Source: Lingula anatina (taxonomy: Eukaryota; Animalia; Brachiopoda). From it: a DNA stretch of 64,000 nt. The notes beneath the pieces are model-generated. The model searched no databases. It was not told the DNA's origin and worked only from the letters and a program-made list of their open reading frames with translations. Position 1 is the first letter of the stretch, and each line of letters opens with the position of its first letter. The stretch covers positions 8,688,954 through 8,752,953 of the forward strand of contig CM120644.1 of assembly GCA_051362555.1 (NCBI GenBank), read 5' to 3'. Position numbers and translations under genes: made by a program. Shown here in pieces: positions 13,001 through 27,500 of this stretch.

Positions 13001-16000
13001 CGTCTACAGGAGATAATTACAGTACGCGGTAAACACACACGCTTATAAACACGTGACATTTAACGAGCACACCCTAATGCTAAAAGTGTGTAAATTTGGT
13101 GACATTTGGTGGTGTCAATTCAATTAAATAGGCATTTCTTTAACATCGGATTTGAGGGAGTACATGTAATAAATGTGAATAAAAGGTATTAAATATGGAT
13201 ATCTTAACCGCTAGTTTGTATTTTCTGTACCACTAATCATGTTAGTTATGGTATCTGGAATGAAAATCACCATTCATAGAATTAACTCCTGTGATGTGAT
13301 CATTTATAAATAAAAGTACATCAAACCGGGGATGGGGCAACTTTTTTTGAACAATGTTGTATATCGCATAAACGCAAGCGATACGCAAGCCAACCCAAGT
13401 TCGTTCAAGGCGGCAACCAATATGAAAACGACTGATAATTTCATCGACGACACTGTGTATGGATGGTGCTCTGCTACGATGAAAGGAATATTTGGTTTAC
13501 TTACTCTGTCGGCATCTGACGATATACCTGGCGTGATTCATACAACTGCAGTGCGGAATCGTGGGATACGTACGGGCTGTGCACATTTTTTGGGAACCCC
13601 ATCAAACCACGTGACTTGTTTCAGCAGACAGACGAGAAAAGATATTTACAAATATAATAGTTATATTATATTTGACATGGTGAACAGTAGATTTATATTT
13701 TGTGGAAATATGCGGGGTTTTAGCAAGAAAACTATGTTTAAATTTGACATAATTCCTTATTTTCACATTTTATCAATCTGTTTGTTTGCTTGCTCTTTGG
13801 TTGGCTGGTTTGAATGTTCTTTCGCTCTGTCATTTATTTATTTAATCATTTATTTATTTTAGGGGCTAACTTAACAATGCTGCAGTTGATCAGTAAACTA
13901 ACGAAAATCTGAATGTCCATGTGACTGTTGTATGAACTGCTCGTACCGATTCAGTGAGAGAGAGACACGAATGTGATCCATGTCTTTCAGTTTTAAAACT
14001 AGAAAAGCACTCCGAGAGCGCAGACCTCCGCCAAGGCAGCGATTTTTGATTATTATTGATTATTGGTTGATTATTGATCCGAATCACCACCAAAAACTAA
14101 TCACTTCTAAGTTAACCCATTTCCCACCTACCCTGACAATTTCATCAAAATCGGTCCATAACTTTTTGATTTTTTTTTTTTTTTTTTTGATGACAAACAA
14201 TCAGACAACAACCTCCTTGGTGTTGGTAAAAAGGTTCAAAGGTAGAATTTATATAGGCCTATCTTTACACATACAGAGAACTTACAGAGACGACATTTGT
14301 ATTTCAGACAATATCCATTCCTGTGACTTCGACACTGATGACTGTGGCTACCTAAGTCCTGTTAGCAATGATTTCGACTGGTCGAGAAAGGTGGGGTCCA
14401 CACCTACCTCTGGCACGGGGCCCTCCTCTGACCACACGACAGGCAGTGGCTATTACATGTACATAGAGACCTCCACTAAAAACGTAATTTACATTTTAAG
14501 TTTTATTTAATATTGCTGAGTAACATTTGTAGTTAATTCACAAAATGGGAACATGAAGCTTTCACGACAGCTTCATATTACGCATTTATGTCCCTCTCAC
14601 CACGTCATTTCATTCCATACATGTACGTACCTATACATCGTCTGACAAATGACAGACGATTACAAATGACTAAGAAAGAGAGAATGAAATATCCGAATAA
14701 AAGATTGGAATGTACACTAAATTATTATACAGTAAAAAAAGGATAAAAAGCAATATCTTTTAAAATATAAATTGTTCTTTATTAAAATTTCAATTTCCCA
14801 CATACAGATAGGTTGATTAATTCCCAAGGTAGGGGCTGCTTTTTGGGAAGGTTTATCCACGCACCATATGTACATGGATGGCGCATACATACGCATGCGC
14901 TTCCCTATTCATTTTGCGACTGTATAGCCTCCAAAGATATATGTAAATTGACCTTTACTTCTTTAACTTCAGCAAGGTGACATAGCAGCACTGCTGACCC
15001 CAAGTATGAATTCGACCAGTGGTCAGGTGTGCGTCTCATTTTGGTACCTTGCGTATGGATCAACGCTTGGTGAATTACATATGAGCGTTGTGACGTCATC
15101 GGTTTATATGACGAGGGACTTCTCGTTTGATGATGGTACATCAGAAAATAGGTGGAAATATGTAGAAGCATCTGCAATGCTGGCTGAGACTTCTTTTCAG
15201 GTAATAAATGTATGAAACGAGTTATTTATAATAACGCACATAAACGTGCATTGTATCTCTACCTTACAGACTGCAATACACCCAGATATTTGTGAAGCGC
15301 AAGGAGTGTCAATTGCATTTTATCTTTCCTGGTTGTCCCTTTAATTATCTGCAAGTCATTAGAAATATGAATAACTCTAATACTAGAACTTACATTTTAA
15401 GGAAATAACGTGAGACCTCTCCTGGTTAACCATTAAGGTAATTTATTGTACTGGATGGACTGACCAGGTTGAGACCGCGACGTAGGTTATACTTGCTAAA
15501 TGTAAGTTCCAGTATTACAGTTATTAATATTCATCATTCTTATTCTACTGGATGACTAACTGCTTTCACTCATCTCTGCAAGTCAATTATGGTAATATGT
15601 TACGTAAGTTATTAGTTCATGAAACGAAACCACGAAAACGAAAAAGGGGATACTAGTCAGTGTGTAACTTCTACAGATGTATATAGCGGCATACGATTAA
15701 GTAATTTCTAAAGGACACGACAGGATGCGAGGCAATCTTGGTTCTTTCTGAGTGCAAGGTCTTAGTGCTGCAATATACTTTTTATACCATGGTGAAAAGT
15801 TTTTGTGTTTTAATCCTTGGGTGTTGATGTTTTTATTCACAGCGTCATGCACATGCAAGGTAATTATGAACCGGCGACCAAAGTAAAACGGCTTTTATCA
15901 TTTCGAATATATCCTTCTCAAGACAACGTGTGTTCCTCTCTCTTTCTTTTTATGTCAGTGACATCGTTTCTTGTTCGCAGGTCAAATTCGACGGCATACG

Positions 16001-19000
16001 GGGCAGCAGTAACTATGGCGACATAGGTATTGATGACGTCACCGTTAACGATACACTTTGTGCAGGTAATGTATTTATTTGGAGATTGTGCTTCCATAAA
16101 GTTTGTGTTTTATTTTATTTTACATATTTTGCCTTTTACCTTTTTTGCTAAGGGATCACTAGGACTTTGGCGGTATCAGGAATCCGCCTCCGGACATTTT
16201 CACCCGGACAATCCCCCCGGGAAAACTTCCCCCTGGACAACCTCTTGCTATCATGAATATCATACTGAGAATGAACTATGTGCTATCGAAAAAAATTACC
16301 TGCCTTTAAGCAAAATGTATTTCACTCATTCAAGTATCACTTTGATGAACTGACACTTTTAATTGCCCCCTCTGAATTACGTTGCATGCCTTTAATTAAG
16401 GTACATCCCTAGGTAGAGATGGCCTATACAAATAATCTCACTCATCCAGGTATAAGGTAATATATCCCTTGAGGAACTAACTGTCATTCTATTGTTTCAC
16501 CACTATACCCCCAACATAAAAAGAAAGGCTTTCCAAACTTGTTCTCTTTTTCTAGTTTCATTATTATTATCATTATTATAATTATTATCATTATTATTTA
16601 CTTAATCTGTTCTTCAGAAAATCACTAAAGTCAAATGAAATGCAGATAAAATGGCATTTGTTTCCTTTTAGAAAAATAGATAGAACAGAAGAATTTTTGG
16701 ATTAAAAATGACATGTACAGGGTTGCTACTTAATATGGAATATTTTTATCATTGTTATTTTTGAGTACTGATTAAATTTTTCTTGGCTTGAGTCATTAAA
16801 AAAGTATGCCACTGAGTAATAAAAACATCCAGTCTTCTGTTGTGAGATATTTTGGTCAATGATATCAAATCTGACATAAGATGCAATTCAAAAGAAAGGA
16901 ACACCCCCAGAAAACCATATCAACAGTTTAATGTCAGTATTAACTTAAATCTAAGATATTAAAGTAAATGATAGCCTCCGGACAGTGATATGTTACACAG
17001 TCAAAGAACTCACTACAGTAAATCATGAAAAGTCAGTAATTGCGGGTATGACCTTCAGCAGCCGCTTGCAGCGCCCTAATCCTACATGGCATACCCTGTA
17101 ACACGTTTTTTTAGAGTTTGGATGGGGATATCATTCCACGCAGTGATATTTGCCTGTCGCAGTTCATCACTATTTACCGGCCGATGACCATAGCTATTAA
17201 TTCTGTGAGTTACTTTTGCCCAAAGATTTTCAATTGGGTTCATATCTGGAGAGTTTGCAGGCCAGGGCAGTTGCTGAACCCATTGGTTTTGAAGAAAAAC
17301 AGTGATTCTGCGGCCTCGATGTGGGGTTGCGCAGTCGTCTTGGTACACAAAGTTGTTCCGGAAGATGGCTCTTACCAATCGAAGCATCGTTTGCTGTAGA
17401 ATGTCTCTGTAGGAATCCTGGCTGAGGTTGCCCCTTAGAAAAACCAACTGGTTCTGGGCACCGACATGAAATGCTCCTCAGACAGAGACGTTACAAGCCC
17501 CTGCTTGCACCCTAGGCAGTACACAATCATCGTTTTATGCCCGTCGTACACGTCGGTGGACACGGAATCCGACCATCAACCCTAAAAAATCCATATCTGG
17601 CCTCATCTCTGAAAACGACGTGATTCCAGTATTTTGGCTGCAAACGCACGTGGTCCTCAGCCCATTGCAGGCATCGCTGTATATGACCTGCTGTTAACAG
17701 TGGTTTCCCTACTGGCCTTCGTGCAAAATAACCGGCTTGCAGTAATCTCTTGTTCACGATTGACCTTGAAACGGGCGTTTGAATGACATTCTGCCTCTCT
17801 TTTCTGAGGACACTGGTTGTCTTTGTACGACCAGCACGGCGTCCTCTAAGGAGAAGGCGATCCTGTCTTCTCGGTGTGATACGCGGACACCCTGGTCGAG
17901 GTATTGGAGTAGGTGCCCCTGTTGCATCATTTCTTTGAAGGACTTTACAAACGGTTCTTGATAAATGTTGAATTACCTGGCAATGGCTGTCCGTTTCTGG
18001 ACATTTTCTTTGAGAGCAAGAGTCCCATAGTAAGCTGCGTTGCTTAGCTGTCGAACCATATCTTCAATAAGGTACATGTACCTGTCAAGTTTTAGAGCGA
18101 TCCCTTTGTTGCTTCTCTAAACACACTCCAAAGATTGACCAAACCCATGCGTTTTTATACAAGGGCAGAAATTGCCGAAAAGACCACCCCTCGCATTTCT
18201 GACCACAGAACATGCAACTGCATGCATCATTTGTTTCGAGAGTTGTGTGGTAATAAGGTAATACACATGGCTACACATGGAGTGACACCTCAACTTTGGA
18301 TTTAAAGTAGTTAGAGAGAAATTAAATATTTTGTAGAAAATTTACTCACCAAAAAATAATATTCCATATTAAGTGGTAACCCTGTATAATGGCAAATTTG
18401 CATCTTTTGCATAAAAAATAAGATTACATCTCAGAGTAACTAATCTTCCTGAATCTTACAATTGATAGCCAACCCTTTTGTTTTTATTTCATTTTCTGTC
18501 TTCTGATGTCCAGTAAAATATTCAAGAAATGTACAAATATGTCCAATGGATAATTCAAAAACAGTATATTTTCTTGTCTTGGGGGAAATTGTGCGGGAAA
18601 ATTGTCCTAGAACCAATTTTTGCGAACGTGAAACTTACATAATTCTATTTGATCAAGAAATAAAACGAAGTTTATCAAACAGAACTGGCTTTCACGAAAT
18701 GTTCGCAATTTGCGCAGTTAAACAAAATATCATTTTACAAAAAGATCATTTGATGAACATTTCGCCGTGCAATTTTTTGCGCAAGGTATAGCGCTATTTG
18801 CGCACGATATTTGGAACAGCTTCGACCCTGTCGCAAAGTCTTCCCTCTCTCTATATATAAACCCATTGATGACATTACTGTTTACAACCATTTGTTTTCC
18901 AGAATGCACTTACAAACTTATCGGGAAATCTAGAAGTTGATGTTTGATACATGTATAATTATCCCGTTGTCTTGCTCTCAGGTCATGTAGGTTCTGCCAG

Positions 19001-20869
19001 CAACCTAGTCGTAACTGCGCACACCAACACGTCAGCATCGCTTTCGTGGGACCCACCAACCATAGGTTTGGACAATCTTCAAAATTTCGTCATAGAGGCT
19101 TACGACTGTATTGATGCGGAGACACCCCAGTTGACGATGAGTGGAATTACCCAGACATACACCACAGTGAGCGGGCTTAACCCAGATAGCAATTACGTGT
19201 TTGCTGTATACGCCAATGGTACTAACAACCTAGCCAGACCGGCGAACGTTACACAAAGGATTATTAGCAACCAGAGTAGGTGGCGTTCTTGTTACCGTTA
19301 CTTAAGCAGAGGTGCTCGGTTTTGGAAATGAAAGGAATGGAAACTGGGTGAAATAGCGAAGAGAAAACATATTCAAATTCATCAAGTCTTGTTCTACATA
19401 AAGCTTATCAGATTCGCTGATGGCCTATCATGCATTGCTAACGTCAGTCACTAAACAATAAAATAGGTCATAAGGGCCAAAGCGCAAGTGCAAATGCGTT
19501 AGTATAAGAGCTAAAGAACTTGGTTACCGTTTTAAAGGAGTGAGTGACAAATAAACAGCATTTTTGAATAAATAAGATTAAAAAGGTTATTTTCCTTTTT
19601 TTTTCTTTCGATTCTTCCCATGCTCAGTTGCTGCAGTATGTAGGTCGGCATGCAGTTGTTTGTTATTGAAAACAGTCTACCTAACTGTCAGTTTTTAAGC
19701 AACCGAAACTTTACGCCAAAACCAATAACCGCAGTATTCAAAAGTATTTTGACGATGCGTTTTTCTTGCATTAACAGCGTTTTCAAATTCAATCCCTGCG
19801 TTTCAACAAATGCTGCGATGTCCATTCCAATGTCAGTGATGACCGTCACAGTTTTGACAAACGTAGACGTGAAATGTAAACCTTCATATTCATTTCAGCT
19901 GTGCTGTTTAGCTGTGACTTTGACAATTGTGGCATTTGCGATATGGAACAGGATGACACTGACGACTTTGACTGGAAAAGAAATCAAGGATCAACGCCGA
20001 GTTCCTACACAGGCCCGAGTTCTGATCACACTACAGGAATAGCAAGCGGGCAAGGAGCAGGCTACTATTTGTTTTTTGAGAGCACTAGCCCCGTCCTGGT
20101 AAAAAGTTTCTCTTTCCTGAAGATATGCAGCTATTTAATACTGTTGATAGGAATAAGTAGATATCTTAATGGTAACCCGACATTTTTGCCTGAAATGAAA
20201 CTGAATTAATATGTGTTCAAACTAGAATAAACGTGCCAATTACATAAACAAGTTTGCAGAATCATTTAGATGTGTTTTTCGGCAAATACCAGGATCTGTA
20301 GTCTGTAGTAAGACCGATAGTTTCATAGAAAATGAGCCTTTTAATTACCATGGGCGTCGAGTTTTTCTTTGAAATTTCGGTCATCCAACTTCGTTGTCAA
20401 CGACTGTTACATAACGCAGTCTGATTTCGTTTCAGGCCGACGATCGGGCTCGAGTGACAACCCCATCTGTCAACACCACCAACACCCAAGCGTGTCTTTC
20501 ATTTTGGCTTCACGCCAAAGGCAGATATTTGGGCGTTTTTAATGTAAGGATTGTGACGTCATCGGGGATTGAAGTAAGGACCATAGCGCAGAACCCCTCT
20601 TCGGTTGACAGCTGGGTGCAAACCATGGTTCCGATAGAAGAAGACAGTTTTCAGGTATCTAACAGGATTCAATATCTGCGCTACGTTAAGAGATTGATTT
20701 ATCGTTAAGGTCCTGCTAGAATACCATATCACATGATCGAAGCACAGGATTCAAACGTCTGTGCATGTATAAAGAGCGAACTGTTTGACATAAGTGTTGA
20801 AATTGTCAAAGCCTGCCGGTGTTTACATTCTGGATTTTTGGTTTAATTTGCTTTATGGTGTCATTAAAA

Positions 20870-20900
<31 letters not shown>

Positions 20901-20915
20901 ACGACTGTTACATAA

Positions 20916-20957
<42 letters not shown>

Positions 20958-21150
20958 GGTAAACCCATCGGACTTTGTTATGTGCGATGTTGGATTGTCG
21001 TGCTTTAATGTTTTTTTTTATTATTATTATTTACAATTTATCAGTTCATTACTTCCAATACATATACTTCCAATTCCCATTTGAATATTATAACAGCCCG
21101 CAGATGTCGTAGTGTATTGGCTGTTGCATGCCCTTATTCTTTCTTTTATA

Positions 21151-21184
<34 letters not shown>

Positions 21185-21476
21185 TCCAGTTTGAAGCAAT
21201 TGACACCGCCAATGATGAAAGTGATTTTGCCATCGACGATATTGTCATCATTGATGGTTGGTGCGAAGGTAAGTTCTGTATAACAAGTTTTTTTTTCTTA
21301 GTGGACTCACAGGCGTCACATGCAAATATTGAAGAGAATTTTATGTAATTATGCGTTTGTAAACATAAGCTGCGTGATGACAACAAACGCATTTAAACAA
21401 TAATGCTAACACACACATCAAGTGATAAAGAGAGAAAGAGACAGATGGAGAGATCATTCCACATATATATATAGGG

Positions 21477-21532
<56 letters not shown>

Positions 21533-24500
21533 TGACTGACTCAAGCATTATTTTTTTTAAATTTGTATCGCAGGCCATAGCAGCGGCATTCGCAATCCTG
21601 CGGTAACGTCTGCCAATGATAGCTCCGTGACCATCCAGTGGACGGCGCCATTACTGGGAAGTTCAGATGTCCAACAGTATACAATCTTAGCGTATCAGTG
21701 CATGAATAAGACGTCAGCAGATCACGTGGTGTCTTCTAACTTCACTTCCGTAACTTTAACTGGACTGGCCGCCTACTCTATGTGGACGTTCTCAATACTT
21801 CCTGTGACGGCAGTGGCAAGTTTTCCCGAGACTGTTAATATCACAGGCTGGACACGGCCGCTTGGTACGTTAAAAAGTTTTATACATTAGGGTTCGATAT
21901 TTCACTCTGAGACTCATTCCAATACTAAAGTACAGGTAAAAAATAATACAGACTAATTTTTTTTAACTTTGGGAATGAAGTTTAGCATTGGGCATCTTTT
22001 ACATGTAGCAAACATATTTTTATGAAGAAAGTGTTTGCGCGAAATGAAAAAAGAACAGTAAAACCGTATTATAGCGTTGTAATGTTTACAAAATACGGCG
22101 ACAAGGACAGTTTAATCAAGGCGTTATTTCACTGCAACCTCCAATTTATAGAAATAATAGTTGTGGAAGGTCTAGTATCCTATATGTCCCGTGGTGATGA
22201 CACCATTGGTTTGTAGATCAAACGCATAATAATAAAAGGGATAACAACTGTTCATTTTGGCGGGAAAATTGTCATAAAACGGAATTTTCCTGGGATAAAC
22301 GATTTTCCCATACTAACCAGTGGTTATTGAATCCGTTTTTTTCTTGGTATAATCTCTCAAAGCACAGATTCCAGAACAATTGTGATAACTCCCGTTTTGG
22401 TGGTAAAAATGGAATTGATCATATTTCTGTGATTTGTTAATACTTTGCTTATTGCCTAGTATGGATCTTATACGTAGAGTTGTTAGTCCCCATCACCTTA
22501 ACAGCATCATCAGTGTTAACACCCGCTTCTTAACAAACTTGGCGACCACGTTTGCCGCTACATGTAACACTATAACGCCAAAGCAACTTGTAGGTCATGT
22601 GATAGTCACGTGGTAGTCACGAGACTTCAACAAAAATGCTCATGGGTAAATCACCATATTATCTTCTAGACACTGCCCACGTGTGTAATTTTGACTGTGA
22701 CACGTGTGGGTACGTCCAGGCCACGGACGATGAAATGGATTGGGTACTCAACTCTGGGTCCACGCCCACCTCCAGCACCGGGCCTACAGGGGACCATACC
22801 ACTGGAAGCGGAAATTACTTTTATTTCGAGGTGAACACAGGCTCTGTAAGTAGCAGAATGAGCATAGCTCATTTTCTTTTAATTATGTTAGTAGCAAAAA
22901 AAATTGACGACTTACGCTTGGCCATCTTATGTGCAGAAGGGTGGCGAATAAAAACTGAAAAGGATCTTTTTTACGAAGATGTTTATTTTTATTGATATTA
23001 AAGCTAGTATTGTATATAAAAGAAGCTAGAAAAAGCTATTTCCCTGATTATACACTTATCGATTTATCAAACACCCTTATAATTTTGTAATTTTTATGGT
23101 TGTTGTTGTTTTTTTTTTTTAAAGACTGGTGATATCGCCCGCATCAAGACGCCGCTCATTAACGTCACTTCCGGGTGGGCGTGTATTTCGTTCTGGTACC
23201 ACGCCTACGGGAGCCACCTGGGAGAAATGAGAATCAGGAAAGTCAATGCTACCAAGAACACAACCATCAAAATTGCAGACATTAATTCTAATAACAATGC
23301 TTGGATCCAGTTTGAGGAAGTAGCGTCAATGGGCTCTGCACCGTTTTGGGTAAGTCTGTAGAAATTACAAGTTTACTTGACACAAAGTGCTTATAATTTA
23401 GATATAATTTAGAAATTAAACATTATCAGTTGCATTTTTTTAGATATATGTAGCAGGAGTTAGGATAGTGGTATATTTGTTTTTGGTAGATCGAGTTTGA
23501 AGCAGAAAGGGCGCAGTATACACGAGGTGACTTTGCTTTTGATGACGTCAGTGTATTGGACGGTTACTGTGAAGGTAAGGCACGACACACTAGACAACTT
23601 AGTATAGCAAATTCTGTGGGAGCTCACACCTGTAAATATCAAATATGCCATATTCGTTTATGCACACGTTTGTATTTTGTCATTTTGAGCATTTGCCTTT
23701 TTAATATTTCGTCTACTGTCTAGCATCTTGGAAATGATCCTCCATTGATTCCAGTCAACATCTTTCCAGTAAAAAACACCTTAATCACATACCAGTTCAT
23801 TTTGTGTTCCTCTAAAAATATACCGAACTAGTCCATCACACATTCTAGGTCACTGTGGGGAGATAGCAGACCCTGTATTCGTCACCAGCAGCAGTAATAC
23901 AGCCACCCTATCGTGGACCGCTGCAACTGTGGGATCAGAAAACGTACAGTACTATACAATAGATGCCTTCAAGACCTGTGCTTTTGACAGAAGTCGAGGC
24001 ATACCGGTCAGTCCTGCGACCTCTTCGAATGCCACGTCGTCCCCCGCCGTCATATCTGGACTGGAGTCGGGGACACACTACACCTTTGTCGTCACTCCTG
24101 TCTGTACCAACGCACAGACGTCTGTGAATGTGACAGGGTGGACTCAGAACGAAATAGGTATTTGTTTGACAACGAGCACGCACGTATGGTGATGTACTGA
24201 ACGTGTATGGGCGTGTGGTCATACATGTACATATTTATTGTAACTAGTTCGTGTGCCTGCCGGAGGTGTGTGTACAGTTTACTTGATTATTGTCCCATTG
24301 CATGAAGACTATCGTAGCAATTACTCCTGTGAGAGAAGCTACCGATTTTATTCCTTTCATTAGTCTATAACCCTTTAAAGGTGTCTTATTTTCGTTTTCA
24401 GTGTGGTGCTTGTTTGGGACATGTTTGGGTGTCCAGATATTTATGCGCCCTCAACGATAAGAAATATCAGAATTGCAATTTATATAAATTTTAATTGATT

Positions 24501-27500
24501 TATACATTTATTCATTACTCATCATTTTTTATATTGCAACAAAGTATAATTCTCTTTCAGGCTCCTGTAACCAGATTATAGAGGACACGACCACCACGGG
24601 CTTTATCACCTCTACAAACTTCCCATCCAATTACAACTCCAGTCAGGAGTGTACGTGGCTCTTCTTCGTGCCGGCAGACGGGACGCAGAACGTGGAACTG
24701 CGCTACGAGTCCTTCGCCGTTGAGGATGGGTACGATTTCGTCAAGGTAACATTTCCTTATTTTTTAGTTTATTCCTACCTCAGGGGTGAAAGACATACAA
24801 GAATACATAAATAAAATTGCACACAAATTTCCCATAGTAATATCACATAGTAAAATTGTTCTAATATAGGTAATAAAATCATTCTAGAATGTGTTCAAGT
24901 TAAAATATAAGACAGGGAAGTATTTAAAATGAATAAAAAAGGTAAATATGGCGTATAAAATAGTCAAACCAATAGAGCCAATTCATTCTTATTATCCAGT
25001 CATTTATTCATCTTTTTATGGCGCTTGTTAGCCTGTATACATGTACCGGTACATAATTCCCCCCCTATTGAAGTTGTATCAGTTGATTTGATATAATGAT
25101 ACATATATCATGTGGACATTGGGAATCAACAGTTCTTTTCCAAAGTGAAAATTCGGATTAAAACTCCAAACCGTGTACAGATAGAAAATAATTTTAAAAA
25201 ATAATAAACCACAAGTATGCTGCAATCTCCACAAAATTGCACCACATTTTCCAAGCATTGTTTTGCGTGGTTTCGGGAGAGAAAGTAATTTTGTCACCCT
25301 ATAGTTAGATAGATGTGCATATGGTCTTTGTTGCAACATTATACAATAACGATCTTCTCTCAGTACTTGACTTTTAAATCCTAAGCAAGCACATTTAGCT
25401 TACATTCCTTGGGATAATCTAATAACGCAGCCACATTTTCAAATAGGATACGATCGGAACAATTTGCCCATATCTGAAAGATCCTTTGCCTTCCAGATAT
25501 ATACTGATATCTGCGACTCTTCTCCCAACCACACGGATACCGGGGCTGTTGCCGCTAATAAACTACTCCGTGCCGTCTCTGTCTTTGTCGTCACATTTGA
25601 GTCAGACCATGACACCGAAGAAAGAGGATTCAACCTGACATTCGACAGTAGGTGCCGTTTATGTGTGAGAGCATGCTTGCATGCCTGAATGTGTGGGTGG
25701 CAGTTACGTGTTAATTAGTTATCTAATCTGTCCTCTTTCAACTTCCAATAGGCGTTGCAGGTGTTTTTCCTTTTCCTGCAATACCAGGATAAGTGGATTA
25801 TGTATTTATTTTTCTGAAAACAATTCAGTTTTTAATTCACACACTTCTCATTCCAGCCAACTACAACGCACTTTACAGAGAACTAACAGGGACTATTGAG
25901 CCGGAAGGATACCCGGTGGCGTATAACCCGAACATGGACGAGACATACACAATCCGTCCGTCACAGACCTTCCCTAATACGGAAATTCTTCTGAACTTCA
26001 CTGATTTTGACCTTCAAGACTCATCGAATTGTTCAAGTGATTATTTACAGGTATGTTGTAATTCTAATTTTTCAGTCACACTTTTAAAGATTAACTTGTC
26101 GGAGGGCTCAGTATAAAAAGGCGTCGATATTCTTAAAGGTACATACGAACCGAGCATCGGTGGAGCGTGGATTCCCAGTAACACATGTAAACCATTTCTA
26201 CTAGATTTTTATATGACTCAAATAAATTCGACATGCCAAGGGATAAACTGAATAGATCACTCGATCAGCCATATAAGACCTTTAGAATGCTCCTTTCTTT
26301 CAATTTTTGGTTGTAAATTTAACCTACTTTCGTGACCTACTTTCCTGCCCCATTGACATACAGCTTAGAATGCCAGCAGAAAAATCTGTTCAATCATCAT
26401 TTTGGGGTAAAATTAAACAATTCCTTTTGGTAATTTTCTTAGTTATACTACTTGAAACTATATGCTGGCATTTGGTTGTTTTTTTTTGTGACAAAAAATT
26501 GACTTTGTATGCATCTTTAAGGATTTAAACTGGTTTTCATCGGCATGAAAGTATTTATGATCAGAAATTATGGACAAGGCCTGCAAACATATGATTGATT
26601 GGGTGGTTAATTATAATGCAATATCTACAAGAATTTACCAAACGAGCACTGTTTTCCGAGTATCTATGAATGCTGTTAACATGCCACATAGTTCATTGCA
26701 GCTAATGGTGACAATGTTCAAAATAGACGTAAATACAATGAAGTTAACACATAAGTACCCGTTTTAGGTCGTTGTAAATTTTGCGGTTGTGACCACGTTC
26801 TGTGGCAATTCCCTCCCCAATGAGACGGCTCTTCTGGCGACGGAGGTTACTTTAGTGTTCCACTCCGACGGCATCACACAGGGTAGAGGGTTCAGCGTCA
26901 CCTTTACAGGTAAGTTTTCAATGGCGCGTTGCACTTTATTCGGGAGCTGTTGAACAAATAAAATAAAAGACGTTAGGTTAAAGATTGCAAGCGTTAGTTT
27001 GTTTTAGCAAGATACATGTATATCAGCACCAATCCATTTTATGGCATATTATTACTATTTTAATTTATTTTTATTGTTAGTATTATAGTACCGATATTTC
27101 GCCAGTACTATAAATGAAGAACATACATCTTTTGGGGGCCTAAAAGATTTATTCGTATATTCTTATTTTCCAGTTACAATGCATTCTCTTTTATCCTATA
27201 GATCATCATTCCAATGTCATGATGTATCACAAAGTCTTTCTCCTACATTACCTTATTTGGTAATGTAATAATTCCTCAGCTCTTACACAATGTCTATGAT
27301 TATCCCTTTTTCCATAACTTTCCATCATTACGTCATTACCAAAATATAATCATTCTCTTATTAGGCAATGGTATGTTACTTGACCTTAGGTCGCTATATC
27401 TATTAATACAGATTTCTCATTGTATCATCCTGAAGGAATGATAACTATACTCCCTTATTCTTTTTTTATTATTGAACAATACATGCACTCTTTAACTTTC

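Noticed and set aside
13332-13862. 176-aa plus-strand ORF
   Set aside because: Starts inside a transposon end, ends in low-complexity intron sequence and shows no domain signal
16170-18614. Possible older TIR element (ggaca...cccc subrepeats at both ends) hosting the Tc1 copy
   Set aside because: Ends are too decayed to define boundaries or a TSD
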